The notes beneath the pieces are model-generated. The model searched no databases, was not told the origin of the DNA, and was given only the letters and a program-made list of their open reading frames with translations. Shown here in pieces: positions 8,851 to 16,788 of a stretch of 32,000 nt of DNA. A program made the position numbers and the translations under genes. Within the stretch, counting starts at the first letter, position 1. The number at the start of each line of letters is the position of its first letter. Source of the stretch: an uncultured Acidobacteriota bacterium (GTDB taxonomy: Bacteria; Acidobacteriota; Terriglobia; Terriglobales; Acidobacteriaceae); assembly GCA_963762385.1 (NCBI GenBank), contig CAVXKN010000014.1, positions 295,807 to 327,806 on the forward strand, given 5' to 3'.

Positions 8851-10116
8851 ATGATCAAAGGTCATCAAATCTGGATCTTGCAACTGAACCCGCGCGGATT
8901 AATTGCCACCTTAGCATTGGCCCTCGCATTTCTACTAGGAGCCGCTCTGAGCCAACCGGCACAAGCGCAAACTTACAACGTACTCTACACCTTCACCGGC
9001 GCGGCCGACGGCGCGAACCCTTACTCGGGCGTGATCCTCGACGACGTGGGCAATTTGTACGGCACAACCTTCGTACGGGGCGCCCTCAATCGCTGTGGTT
9101 TGTTTCACGGCTGTGGCGTCGTCTATAAGGTCGATCCTTCCGGCAAGCAAACCGCGCTGCACACTTTCAAGGGCGATGATGGAAGGCAACCCTACTTCGG
9201 CAATTTATTTCGGGATCGCGCGGGTAACCTCTTCGGCACCACCGTGTATGGCGGTGATGTCGCCGATATTGGCCTGGGAGTGGCCTTTAAGGTAGCCAAA
9301 ACGGGCAAGGAGACCATATTGCATCGTTTTGTAGGCGGCAGCGAGCAAGATGGTTCGCAACCGGTAGCGGGTTTAATCCAGGATGCGGCCGGCAATTTCT
9401 ATGGGACGACGGTCTCGGGAGGAATCGTCACCAATGGCGGTTACGGCACTGTGTATCGGATGAGCCAGTCCGGAAAAGTGACCATCTTGCATAGCTTCAC
9501 CGGCAATGACGGAATTCAGCCGACAGGATGGTTGACTCAGGACGCGGCTGGAAACTTCTATGGTACGGCCATTACTGGCGGCTCAACCGGCTATGGAACG
9601 GTGTTCAAGATGACCAAGGCCGGTAAGTTCACCTTGCTCCATACCTTCAAAGGCGCGCCGGATGGTGGCCTGCCTCAGGGCAATTTGGCCGTTGACAAAG
9701 CGGGAAATATCTACGGCGCGACATCCGAGGGCGGCGACGCCGAGGCTTGCCCGGGGTTCGGCTGCGGAGTCATATTCAAAATAAGCAAGAAGGGCAAGGA
9801 AACGATAGTGCATACTTTCCTTGGACCGGATGGGGCTGCGCCCTCAGGCGGGGTTGTTCTGGATGCGGCGGGCAATCTGTATGGCACCACCTGGGCGGGC
9901 GGGGCCCATGACAACGGGAGCATCTTTAAGCTGGATACAACCGGCAAGTTCACCACACTGTATAGCTTCACGGGCGGAACGGACGGAGGACTGCCGTTTT
10001 CCTCCCTCACCCAGGATAAGGCCGGCAACTTTTACGGCACCACCAATCTGGGCGGCCTCGCAAACGGGTGTGACTACGGATCAGGCTGCGGCGTCGTATT
10101 CAAGCTGACGCCTTAA
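8851..10116 (+). CDS. Secreted GloVer (Gloeo_Verruco)-type tandem-repeat protein
   Basis: About 8 repeats of the pattern '..G.LYGTT..GG..G.G.VFK....GK.T.LH.F.G..DG..P...L..D.AGN'. AGGAGG at 8837-8842 lies 8 nt before the ATG at 8851. Signal peptide 'LALALAFLLGAALSQPAQA'. The track's 8782 start is an upstream TTG extension. Confidence 0.85.
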   Translation: MIKGHQIWILQLNPRGLIATLALALAFLLGAALSQPAQAQTYNVLYTFTGAADGANPYSGVILDDVGNLYGTTFVRGALNRCGLFHGCGVVYKVDPSGKQTALHTFKGDDGRQPYFGNLFRDRAGNLFGTTVYGGDVADIGLGVAFKVAKTGKETILHRFVGGSEQDGSQPVAGLIQDAAGNFYGTTVSGGIVTNGGYGTVYRMSQSGKVTILHSFTGNDGIQPTGWLTQDAAGNFYGTAITGGSTGYGTVFKMTKAGKFTLLHTFKGAPDGGLPQGNLAVDKAGNIYGATSEGGDAEACPGFGCGVIFKISKKGKETIVHTFLGPDGAAPSGGVVLDAAGNLYGTTWAGGAHDNGSIFKLDTTGKFTTLYSFTGGTDGGLPFSSLTQDKAGNFYGTTNLGGLANGCDYGSGCGVVFKLTP

Positions 10117-10138
10117 TCGCGACCCAGAGCGGTTGGGT

Positions 10139-10978
10139 TCACGACCTGCCGCCCGATTTCTTTCGGGAAGCCGCACCTTCCCCACCGGCATGAGCCGCCG
10201 GCTTTTTCTTCCCTTCCATCTCCGCCAGACTCTGCTTAAGCGCCGACATCAAGTCCACCACCGGAGCCAGTCTCTTCGGCTTCTCCACCTCAGCAATCTT
10301 GCCCCCTTCCAGTTTGGTCTGGATCAGGTTCTTAAGATTGTCCTGAAACGTATCGTGATATTTCTCGGGATCCCAATCGGCCGCCAGCGCCTCGATCAAC
10401 TGATGCGCCACCTTCACTTCCGCATCTTTGAGTTCAACATCGGGCGCCCCGAATCCTTCGACTTCCCGGACCTCTTCTTTGTAATACATCGTGTGCAACA
10501 TCATTCCGCCATCATGCGGACGCAGAAACACCGTGTACTCACGGTTGTGCATGGTGAGCTTGGCAATGGCAACGTATTCGCTCTCCTCCATCGCCTTGGT
10601 AAGCAGCGCGTAAGGCCGCCGGCCAGCCTCGTCGGGAATCATGTAATAGGACGATTCGAAGTAAACCGGATCGACTTCGCTCGTCTTTACAAATTCCAGA
10701 ATCTCCATCGTCTTCGCCGTCTGGGGTTCGATCTTCTTAATCTCTTCAGGTTCAATGACAACATATTCGTCCTTGCGATATTCGTAGCCCTTCACGATGT
10801 CGCTGCGTTCCACCACTTTCCCGTCGGCAAGACAAACATACTGCTGCTTCAGGCGGGACAGGTCGTCGCGGTGCAGCATGTTGAAAGAGATCCCCGAACT
10901 GCGCGCGCCGGAGAACAATTTCACCGGCATTGAAATCAAACCGAAGGTCAAATATCCAGACCAAACCGAAGCTGCCAT
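10139..10978 (-). CDS. ku: Non-homologous end-joining protein Ku
   Basis: 279 aa. N-terminus 'WSGYLTFGLISMPVKLFSGARSSGISFNMLH' is the bacterial Ku signature. Basic Lys-rich C-terminal tail. Confidence 0.92.
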   Translation of the reverse strand: MAASVWSGYLTFGLISMPVKLFSGARSSGISFNMLHRDDLSRLKQQYVCLADGKVVERSDIVKGYEYRKDEYVVIEPEEIKKIEPQTAKTMEILEFVKTSEVDPVYFESSYYMIPDEAGRRPYALLTKAMEESEYVAIAKLTMHNREYTVFLRPHDGGMMLHTMYYKEEVREVEGFGAPDVELKDAEVKVAHQLIEALAADWDPEKYHDTFQDNLKNLIQTKLEGGKIAEVEKPKRLAPVVDLMSALKQSLAEMEGKKKPAAHAGGEGAASRKKSGGRS

Positions 10979-11232
10979 AGTTCACCCGAAAGACCACCCG
11001 TATTTTGGAAATCTAGGCGCGGGCGCGAACGCCCGAGCTGCACTACCAGAAACGCCCCGCAAGCTCGCGCTCGTGAGTTTAAACTACAACCATCCGTTTG
11101 ATGCACAAAGCTGTCCCCGGTAACCCAGAGTCAAAGCACGATACACTGGGGCTGAATCGGACGCAACCCTATAGATAGTAGTGACGGGCTTGGCACCTGC
11201 ACAACAACTCAATCGGAGCGAGAATCTTCACA

Positions 11233-11979
11233 GTGGCTGATCTGACCCTAAGCGTGGAGACTGTTGCCGAACTCGCCGCCGTGCGTCCGCTTTGGACGGC
11301 TACGATCGTCACCGTCGTATTCACCACCCTGGCCCGCTGGGTGCGAGGAGTCAGCCTTTCCGGCGCCATTGCGGGAGCCGTAGTTTGTTTTCTGTTATAC
11401 GTGGGCGCAGGCCCCGGCGCATTCGCAGGGTTGGTCTCGGTGTTCGCGCTGACCTGGATTTCCACTCGCCTCGGCTATCGCCGCAAAGAAAAGCTGGGCA
11501 CCGCCGAAAAACGGGATGGCAGAACTGCCTTGCAGGTTCTAGCCAATCTTGCGGTAGCCGCGAGTTGTGCCGGATTGGCGGCGCTCAGCGCGCAAAAAGC
11601 CGCCTGCCTTCTCGCGCTTTCCGCCGCGCTCTCCGAAGCCGCTGCGGACACAGTCTCGAGCGAACTGGGTCAGGCTCGAAGCGCAAAAGCCCGCCTGATC
11701 ACCACCTGGGAAGAGGTACCGGCGGGCACTGACGGGGGAGTAAGTTGGATTGGAACTCTGGCCGGCATCACGGCCGCTGCCGTTGTGAGCTGGGTGTGCT
11801 TTCTAACCAAGCTCGTACCTTTCCGCTGGTTGGGCATCTCAATCCTTGCCGCGGTCGCTGGCACGATCGCGGACAGCTATTTGGGCGCATTGCTGGAACG
11901 ACGAAAACTTTTGAGCAACGATGCGGTTAACTTTCTCGGCACTGTAGTCGCAGCACTGGCAGCGTTCTTCCTCGCGTAA
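11233..11979 (+). CDS. DUF92 (TMEM19-like) integral membrane protein
   Basis: 248 aa, multi-pass hydrophobic. 'GVSLSGAIAGAVV', 'RDGRTALQVLANL' and 'AADTVSSELGQ' resemble the DUF92 family. GTG start. Confidence 0.75.
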   Translation: MADLTLSVETVAELAAVRPLWTATIVTVVFTTLARWVRGVSLSGAIAGAVVCFLLYVGAGPGAFAGLVSVFALTWISTRLGYRRKEKLGTAEKRDGRTALQVLANLAVAASCAGLAALSAQKAACLLALSAALSEAAADTVSSELGQARSAKARLITTWEEVPAGTDGGVSWIGTLAGITAAAVVSWVCFLTKLVPFRWLGISILAAVAGTIADSYLGALLERRKLLSNDAVNFLGTVVAALAAFFLA

Positions 11980-12159
11980 ATCCTCCGTAGAACCGTTGCT
12001 TGCAACCGTTCAGCCTCCACTAGTTCATGTCCTGCAGTTCCTTGAACCTTCCCTTCATGCCATGGAGAATCTAAAGAGCACCTCTGGAAAAGCTCCGTAC
12101 ATCTAATTTCCTTAGGCCGATTTCGCAGCGCCTGAGCCGAAGATAGAAGTTAACAACCG

Positions 12160-12885
12160 ATGAAGATTCGTACGTTAATCGTAGGTTATGTCTTGGCGCT
12201 CGCGCTTTTCCTGTTTGCCCAGCGCCATCCCAACTCTTCGTCACCCACTGAATTTCATGCCGTCGTAGACCTAACCCATCCAATGGATGCTCACGCACTG
12301 GCTTACGAATCTACTGGAAAGTCATCTCCCCAACTGTTCGGAACTCGTATTGACGCTCCCGCGCATTTTGCGCGCGGCCTGTGGACTGTAGATCAGATCC
12401 CCACCGAGCGCTTGATCGCGCCTCTGGTTGTGTTGGATGTCGCCGCGAACGCTGCAAACCGTCCCGACTACCAGATTTCTGTCGAAGACATTGCCAGGTG
12501 GGAGCAGACCCATAACCAGATTCCGCTCGGCTCGGTAATCATGGCGCGCACCGGATGGGATTCTCGTTGGAACTCAGTGAAAGACTACCGCAACGCCGAC
12601 CGCGCCGGCACCATGCACTTTCCGGGATATTCGCAAGACGCCGCGAAGTTTCTGATTGCAGGACGCAATGCGCTAGGCCTCGGCATTGACACGCTGAGCA
12701 TCGACTACGGCCCATCGAAAGACTTTCCGGTGCGCCAATACACCCTGGCGCACAGCGTCTACCAACTGGAAAATGTCGCCAATCTTGATCGTGCGCCCGC
12801 CACCGGCGGACTGGTCGTGGTCGCCCCCACCAAGCTCGAAAGCGGCTCCGACGGTCCAGTGCGAATCCTGGCCCTGGTTCGCTGA
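12160..12885 (+). CDS. Secreted cyclase-family (kynurenine formamidase-like) protein
   Basis: 241 aa. N-terminal signal-like segment 'LIVGYVLALALFLFAQ'. 'VVDLTHPM', 'GTRIDAPAHF' and 'IMARTGWDSRW...GLGIDTLSIDYG' fit the putative-cyclase fold family. Confidence 0.75.
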   Translation: MKIRTLIVGYVLALALFLFAQRHPNSSSPTEFHAVVDLTHPMDAHALAYESTGKSSPQLFGTRIDAPAHFARGLWTVDQIPTERLIAPLVVLDVAANAANRPDYQISVEDIARWEQTHNQIPLGSVIMARTGWDSRWNSVKDYRNADRAGTMHFPGYSQDAAKFLIAGRNALGLGIDTLSIDYGPSKDFPVRQYTLAHSVYQLENVANLDRAPATGGLVVVAPTKLESGSDGPVRILALVR

Positions 12886-12926
12886 GGATGGCTCGATCTC
12901 TAAACTTGTGGTCATTTCAACTTTGG

Positions 12927-12980
12927 ATTCCTTGTCCCTTCGTGCACCTTCGTGTCCTTTGTGGTTGATGAACTTTGCAG
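12927..12980 (+). repeat. Intergenic repeat, family 2, copy 1 (contains tandem 'ccttcgtg' 10-mers)
   Basis: 'cccttcgtgcaccttcgtgtcctttgtggtt' matches the reverse complement of 24905-24936 ('aaccacagaggacacgaaggtacacaaagag') at about 28 of 32 positions. Lies between the cyclase stop and the DinB-family start. Confidence 0.7.
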
Positions 12981-13083
12981 GAAGTAGCGTTACTGCGTGT
13001 TAACACCCGACCAGAATCTCTGCAGCTTTCCCCACACCGCCTTCATCTGACTCCTGTAGTCGAATTCACCTCCAGAGGCGAAC

Positions 13084-13608
13084 ATGTCTGACCCACGTTA
13101 TCCCATTGGAAAATTCACCTTCGACGGCCCCGCCAGCGAAACCCAACGAACCAAATTCATCGACGATATCGAGCAGGCTCCCGCGGCATTGCGCGCCGCA
13201 GTCAAGAACCTGTCTCCAGAGCAGATCGAAACCCCGTATCGTGATGGCGGATGGACCGTGCGGCAGGTCGTGCATCACGTTCCGGAGAGCCATATGAACG
13301 CATATGTGCGTTTCAAGCTGGCGCTCACCGAGGTCGAACCCACCGTCAAACCGTACATGGAAGATCGCTGGGCGGATACATCCGAGGTACACTCCACGCC
13401 GCTGGAAGTTTCTCTCTCGATGCTCGAATCGTTACATGACCGCTGGGTACGTCTGCTGCGCTCGCTGCAACCATCCGACTGGAAGCGAACCTTCCGCCAT
13501 CCCGAATTAGGCACCGTGTCACTGGAGAGGAATCTCGCGCTCTACGCCTGGCACGGCAAACACCACGCAGCCCACATCACAGAGTTGAGAAAAAAGATGG
13601 GCTGGTAG
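13084..13608 (+). CDS. DinB/YfiT-family metal-dependent hydrolase/transferase
   Basis: 174 aa. 'YPIGKF', 'YRDGGWTVRQVVHHVPESHMNAYVRFKLALTE' and 'LYAWHGKHHAAHI' match the YfiT-like DinB_2 His-triad pattern. Confidence 0.85.
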   Translation: MSDPRYPIGKFTFDGPASETQRTKFIDDIEQAPAALRAAVKNLSPEQIETPYRDGGWTVRQVVHHVPESHMNAYVRFKLALTEVEPTVKPYMEDRWADTSEVHSTPLEVSLSMLESLHDRWVRLLRSLQPSDWKRTFRHPELGTVSLERNLALYAWHGKHHAAHITELRKKMGW

Positions 13609-13616
13609 GGGCTGAA

Positions 13617-13919
13617 CTAGAGTCGCCGTTTCCAGTAGCCAGGTTTGCGACTGGTGTGCGCGACGGCCACAACCTGAATATCTCCAAGCACCCGTTCCCG
13701 ATAAATCAGAGTAAAAGGAAATTGTCTGAGCAAGAACTTGCGAGTGTTATGCGAGCCAGCCGCCCAACGCTGAGGAGCTTGGAGTATCTGTGTAAGCGCG
13801 CGATCAACTTCAACATCGAACTTCCGCGCGGCGTCTGTACTGCGCTCAAGGTACCAGCCAAACGCTGCGTCATATTCGGCAGCGGCTTCTCGATGAAACT
13901 CGACTTCCCTATCGGGCAT
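13617..13919 (-). CDS. Type II toxin, RelE/ParE family
   Basis: 100 aa from the ATG at 13919: 'VEFHREAAAEYDAAFGWY...FPFTLIYRERVLGDIQVVAVAHTSRKPGYWKRR', a typical ParE/RelE layout. Overlaps the upstream antitoxin by 11 nt. The track's 146-aa form is an unlikely 5' extension. Confidence 0.8.
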   Translation of the reverse strand: MPDREVEFHREAAAEYDAAFGWYLERSTDAARKFDVEVDRALTQILQAPQRWAAGSHNTRKFLLRQFPFTLIYRERVLGDIQVVAVAHTSRKPGYWKRRL

Positions 13920-14157
13920 GAGGCAGTTTTGCCAAGTTTCGCTTGCGCACTTCGGCCCAAGACGTGGTCTTCGCCTTGCCAGAATCCAGCTCGGCGATTC
14001 GCCTCCCGATCTCGGCTTCCCAAGCTGCTTGTAAACCCTCGTCCACCTTGCCGCCAAGGTTGGAAATCAGCGAATCCGCCAATGCTTCCTGTTCTTCAAC
14101 CGAAAGCGAGAGCGCTTGTTCCAGCAGCTTCGAAACTTCTGGCGTCATCTGTGCCAT
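13909..14157 (-). CDS. Antitoxin ('putative addiction module component' family)
   Basis: 82 aa. 'LLEQALSLSVEEQEALADSLISNL......AWEAEIGRRIAELDSGKAKTTSWAEV' is the characteristic pattern of this antitoxin family. GAGG lies 5 nt upstream of the ATG. Directly precedes the toxin. Confidence 0.8.
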   Translation of the reverse strand: MAQMTPEVSKLLEQALSLSVEEQEALADSLISNLGGKVDEGLQAAWEAEIGRRIAELDSGKAKTTSWAEVRKRNLAKLPHAR

Positions 14158-14166
14158 GTCTGCCTC

Positions 14167-14174
14167 ATTGCAAT
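14167..14174. promoter_or_regulatory. Perfect 8-bp palindrome ATTGCAAT between a TAGAAT -10-like box (minus strand, 14176-14181) and the antitoxin RBS; candidate TA operator
   Basis: Read directly from the sequence. TA operons are commonly autoregulated through palindromes overlapping the promoter. No -35 match was found. Confidence 0.25.
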
Positions 14175-14236
14175 CATTCTATCGCAGGCACCAAACCTGG
14201 GCGTGGGCGCTCCCCGCATGATGATCCGTGAGACTC

Positions 14237-14854
14237 TTACACCGGCGCGTGCAGCCGCCAAACCATATAGCTAATCGCCTCGCGCAGCACCGCTTCCCCA
14301 CGCTGCCAGAGTGAGTGCGGACGCGAGTCAGGCCGCGGTGAAACATACACCTGCATTCCCTCGTGCTCGAGAAGCTTGCGGATACGGAAAACGTGATACG
14401 CATCACTCACCGCCACGCAACTGTGCAAGTGATTGGTTCGCATGATCACGCCAATACGTTCCGCGGATTGCGCCGTGTCCGAACCCTGGGTTTCCTCGAT
14501 CAGGTTAGAGTCCGGAATCCCACGATGCATGAGGTAATCATGGCCCACCCCGCCTTCACTGTAACTGGGATCCGCCGCCGCGCCGCCGCTAGTAATGACC
14601 ACGGGAGCGACGCCCTGTTCAAACAACTCGAAAGCATGATCGAGGCGGGCGCGGTATACCGGAGACGGACGTCCCGAATACTCCGCCGCTCCGAAGACGA
14701 CGATCGCGTCGGCCGGGCGAATTTCCTGTCGAGAAGCCTCGCGCACGATTCCCGCACAAATCGCAGCCAGCCAAATGAGGACGGCTGCAATCAGCGCCCC
14801 CAGCCACAGCAGCCGATGGCGTCGCGAAGGCCGTTTCAAAGCTACTTCGCTCAT
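14237..14854 (-). CDS. YdcF/ElyC (DUF218) family protein with N-terminal membrane anchor
   Basis: 205 aa. 'DAIVVFGAAEYSGRPSPVYRARLDHAFELFEQGVAPVVITSGG' and 'VAVSDAYHVFR' fit DUF218. Its ATG overlaps the tsaC stop (ATGA at 14851-14854). Confidence 0.85.
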   Translation of the reverse strand: MSEVALKRPSRRHRLLWLGALIAAVLIWLAAICAGIVREASRQEIRPADAIVVFGAAEYSGRPSPVYRARLDHAFELFEQGVAPVVITSGGAAADPSYSEGGVGHDYLMHRGIPDSNLIEETQGSDTAQSAERIGVIMRTNHLHSCVAVSDAYHVFRIRKLLEHEGMQVYVSPRPDSRPHSLWQRGEAVLREAISYMVWRLHAPV

Positions 14855-15543
14855 CCTTGTGCGAAGAACTCAGAAATATCCTGGGCAGAAATCGCACCTT
14901 CGCGCATGATGCGCCAGCGGGCTTCCTCGTCGGTGAGATCCACAATGGTCGAAGCCGTTTCGCGCGGCGAGGTGCCGCCGTCCACGATGATCGAAATACG
15001 CTCCTGCAACTGATCGCGCACGGCTTCCGCCGTCGTGCACTCCGCTTCCCCGCTCAGATTCGCCGAGGTCGCAGTAATCGGAATTTTCGCAGCCTGCACC
15101 ACGGCCAGCGGAATCTTGGCGCTGGGTATGCGCAGTGCCACGTTGCCCGTGTTGGCCGTCACCTTCAACGGCAGCCGCGACGCCGCTTTGACGATGATAG
15201 TCAGCGGCCCCGGCCAGAACCGTCGCGCCAGTTTGTAGAACTCGTCGGGCAGCGGCTTGGCCAACTCTTCGGCCTGCTCTTCGCTTTCGATCAAGAGCGA
15301 CAGCGGCTTATGCCGCGAGCGCGACTTGATTTCATACACGCGATCGACGGCGCGCAGGTTAAAGGGGTCGGCGGCCAGGCCATAAAACGTGTCGGTCGGC
15401 ATCCCCAATACTTCGCCCGCCCGAATCTGATCAGCCGCATACCGGATCAGAGACGTCTCCGGCTTCTCGCTATTTATTTTGAGAATTTCCGCGCGCACAC
15501 GTTCCCTTCCCAAATAATGTTCTGAATCCGCGAAAGCTAACAT
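14851..15543 (-). CDS. tsaC: L-threonylcarbamoyladenylate synthase (TsaC/YrdC/Sua5 family)
   Basis: 230 aa from the ATG at 15543, with GGAGGG 7 nt upstream. 'PTDTFYGLAADP', 'KPLSLLI', 'FWPGPLTII' and 'ITATSANLSG'. The track's 381-aa form adds an implausible Arg/Pro/His-rich extension. Confidence 0.88.
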   Translation of the reverse strand: MLAFADSEHYLGRERVRAEILKINSEKPETSLIRYAADQIRAGEVLGMPTDTFYGLAADPFNLRAVDRVYEIKSRSRHKPLSLLIESEEQAEELAKPLPDEFYKLARRFWPGPLTIIVKAASRLPLKVTANTGNVALRIPSAKIPLAVVQAAKIPITATSANLSGEAECTTAEAVRDQLQERISIIVDGGTSPRETASTIVDLTDEEARWRIMREGAISAQDISEFFAQG

Positions 15544-15690
15544 ACCACGGCCCTCCACTGCAAGGAGAGATAAACGCACAGGTGGCTCAGCTGGGCTCCA
15601 GGGAAAAGAGCGACCTCTCTTATCATGCCCGTCATTGGGAGAAATCATCGGTCTTGGAAGCTCGGGACTGGGCGTACAATTCCAAGCGAC

Positions 15691-15840
15691 ATGGATCTCC
15701 TTTCCACCGCCTTCGTGTTTGTCTTTCTCATTCTGCTGGTGCTTATTCTGCTTGTCCTCATCGCGTCCGCATTTCTGCCACCCGAGAAACGGAAAGAACT
15801 GCGTGACTACCTTCTGCGAAGGTGGATCAGGCTCGTTTGA
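15691..15840 (+). CDS. Candidate small single-pass membrane protein (49 aa)
   Basis: 'MDLLSTAFVFVFLILLVLILLVLIASAFLPPEKRKELRDYLLRRWIRLV': a hydrophobic helix followed by a basic tail. Same orientation as the downstream trmH-like gene. No clear RBS. Confidence 0.3.
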   Translation: MDLLSTAFVFVFLILLVLILLVLIASAFLPPEKRKELRDYLLRRWIRLV

Positions 15841-15901
15841 CCCGTGAAATCGAACTGGGACACGACTGGAACCCGTATGATTCACCCCTGACCACAGAAC
15901 C

Positions 15902-16735
15902 GTGAAGAAACCAACGACCGCGCACAAACCGACCATGCAAGGCCGCCTGCGGCGCATTGAGGGACGCCACAACGCTCTCGTCAAAGAACTGCGCACAGCG
16001 TTCGCCCACGGCGAACTAACTCCGGACGGCTATTGCGCCATCGAAGGCATGCGCATTCTCGAAGAAGCCATCCGCAGCGGCCTGAAGTTCAAAGCCGTGT
16101 TCTTCCGCGCCTCCGCCGAAAACCGCGCCGAGCGCCTGCTGCCCCAACTCGCCGCCCACGTGGAAACACTCTTATTGCCCGACAAGCTATTTGCCAGCGC
16201 CGTCCCCAGCGAAACCCCGCAAGGCGTCGCAGCCTTAGTACGCTGCAGGACATTCAAGCTTGAAGAAGTCCTGGCCAAGTCGCAAGCGGGACCGCTGCTA
16301 GCGATTGCCGGAGTTCAGGACCCGGGGAATCTGGGCACGATCCTCCGCTCCGCAGAAGCTTTTGGAGCCGGTGGCGTGCTGCTCGGCGAAGGCACGGTCA
16401 GCCCATTCAACTCCAAAGTGATCCGCGCCTCGGCCGGATCGGTTTTCCGGCTTCCCATCGTGCAGACAAAGCTGCCCGGAGTTCTAGACGAGATGCGCGA
16501 GCTCGGCCTGCGCCTCATCGCAACCTCCTCGCACAAAGGCACGGCGCTCGACCAAGCCAATCTGACCGGACCGCTGACCATCTTCATCGGGAGCGAAGGC
16601 GCGGGCCTGCCGCGTGAACTGTTAGCGGAGATGACCGAGACCGTAGCCATTCCGCACTCGCCAAGCGTCGAATCGCTGAACGCCGGTGTAGCCGCGAGTA
16701 TCGTGTTGTATGAAGCAGCCCGGCAGAGACGATAA
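15902..16735 (+). CDS. TrmH/SpoU-family RNA 2'-O-methyltransferase (RlmB-like)
   Basis: 277 aa. SpoU motifs 'GVQDPGNLGTILRSAEAFG', 'IGSEGAGLP' and 'ESLNAGVAASIVLYE'. GTG start at 15902; the alternative is the ATG at 15935. Confidence 0.88.
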   Translation: MKKPTTAHKPTMQGRLRRIEGRHNALVKELRTAFAHGELTPDGYCAIEGMRILEEAIRSGLKFKAVFFRASAENRAERLLPQLAAHVETLLLPDKLFASAVPSETPQGVAALVRCRTFKLEEVLAKSQAGPLLAIAGVQDPGNLGTILRSAEAFGAGGVLLGEGTVSPFNSKVIRASAGSVFRLPIVQTKLPGVLDEMRELGLRLIATSSHKGTALDQANLTGPLTIFIGSEGAGLPRELLAEMTETVAIPHSPSVESLNAGVAASIVLYEAARQRR

Positions 16736-16788
16736 TTTTCGATTGCCGAATCTTTTGGAGGACACAAAGAAAGCCGGTCGGCGGTAAA

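Noticed and set aside
11191-11205. TGGCAC, suggestive of a sigma-54 -24 element, 37 nt upstream of the DUF92 gene
   Set aside because: The required -12 TTGC(A/T) element at N5 spacing is absent (the sequence reads ctgca-CAACA), so there is no sigma-54 promoter support.
13920-14057. Longer 146-aa version of the ParE/RelE toxin ORF
   Set aside because: The extension overlaps almost the whole antitoxin gene in another frame. The 100-aa form from the ATG at 13919 matches the usual toxin length and the typical short overlap with the antitoxin.
15544-15996. 5' extension that makes the tsaC ORF 381 aa
   Set aside because: The extension (…RRRRPCMVGL…KQNKHQQNEKDKHEGGG…) has no YrdC similarity. The ATG at 15543 has a GGAGGG RBS and begins just upstream of the conserved domain. 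The extension would also overlap the divergent trmH-like gene.
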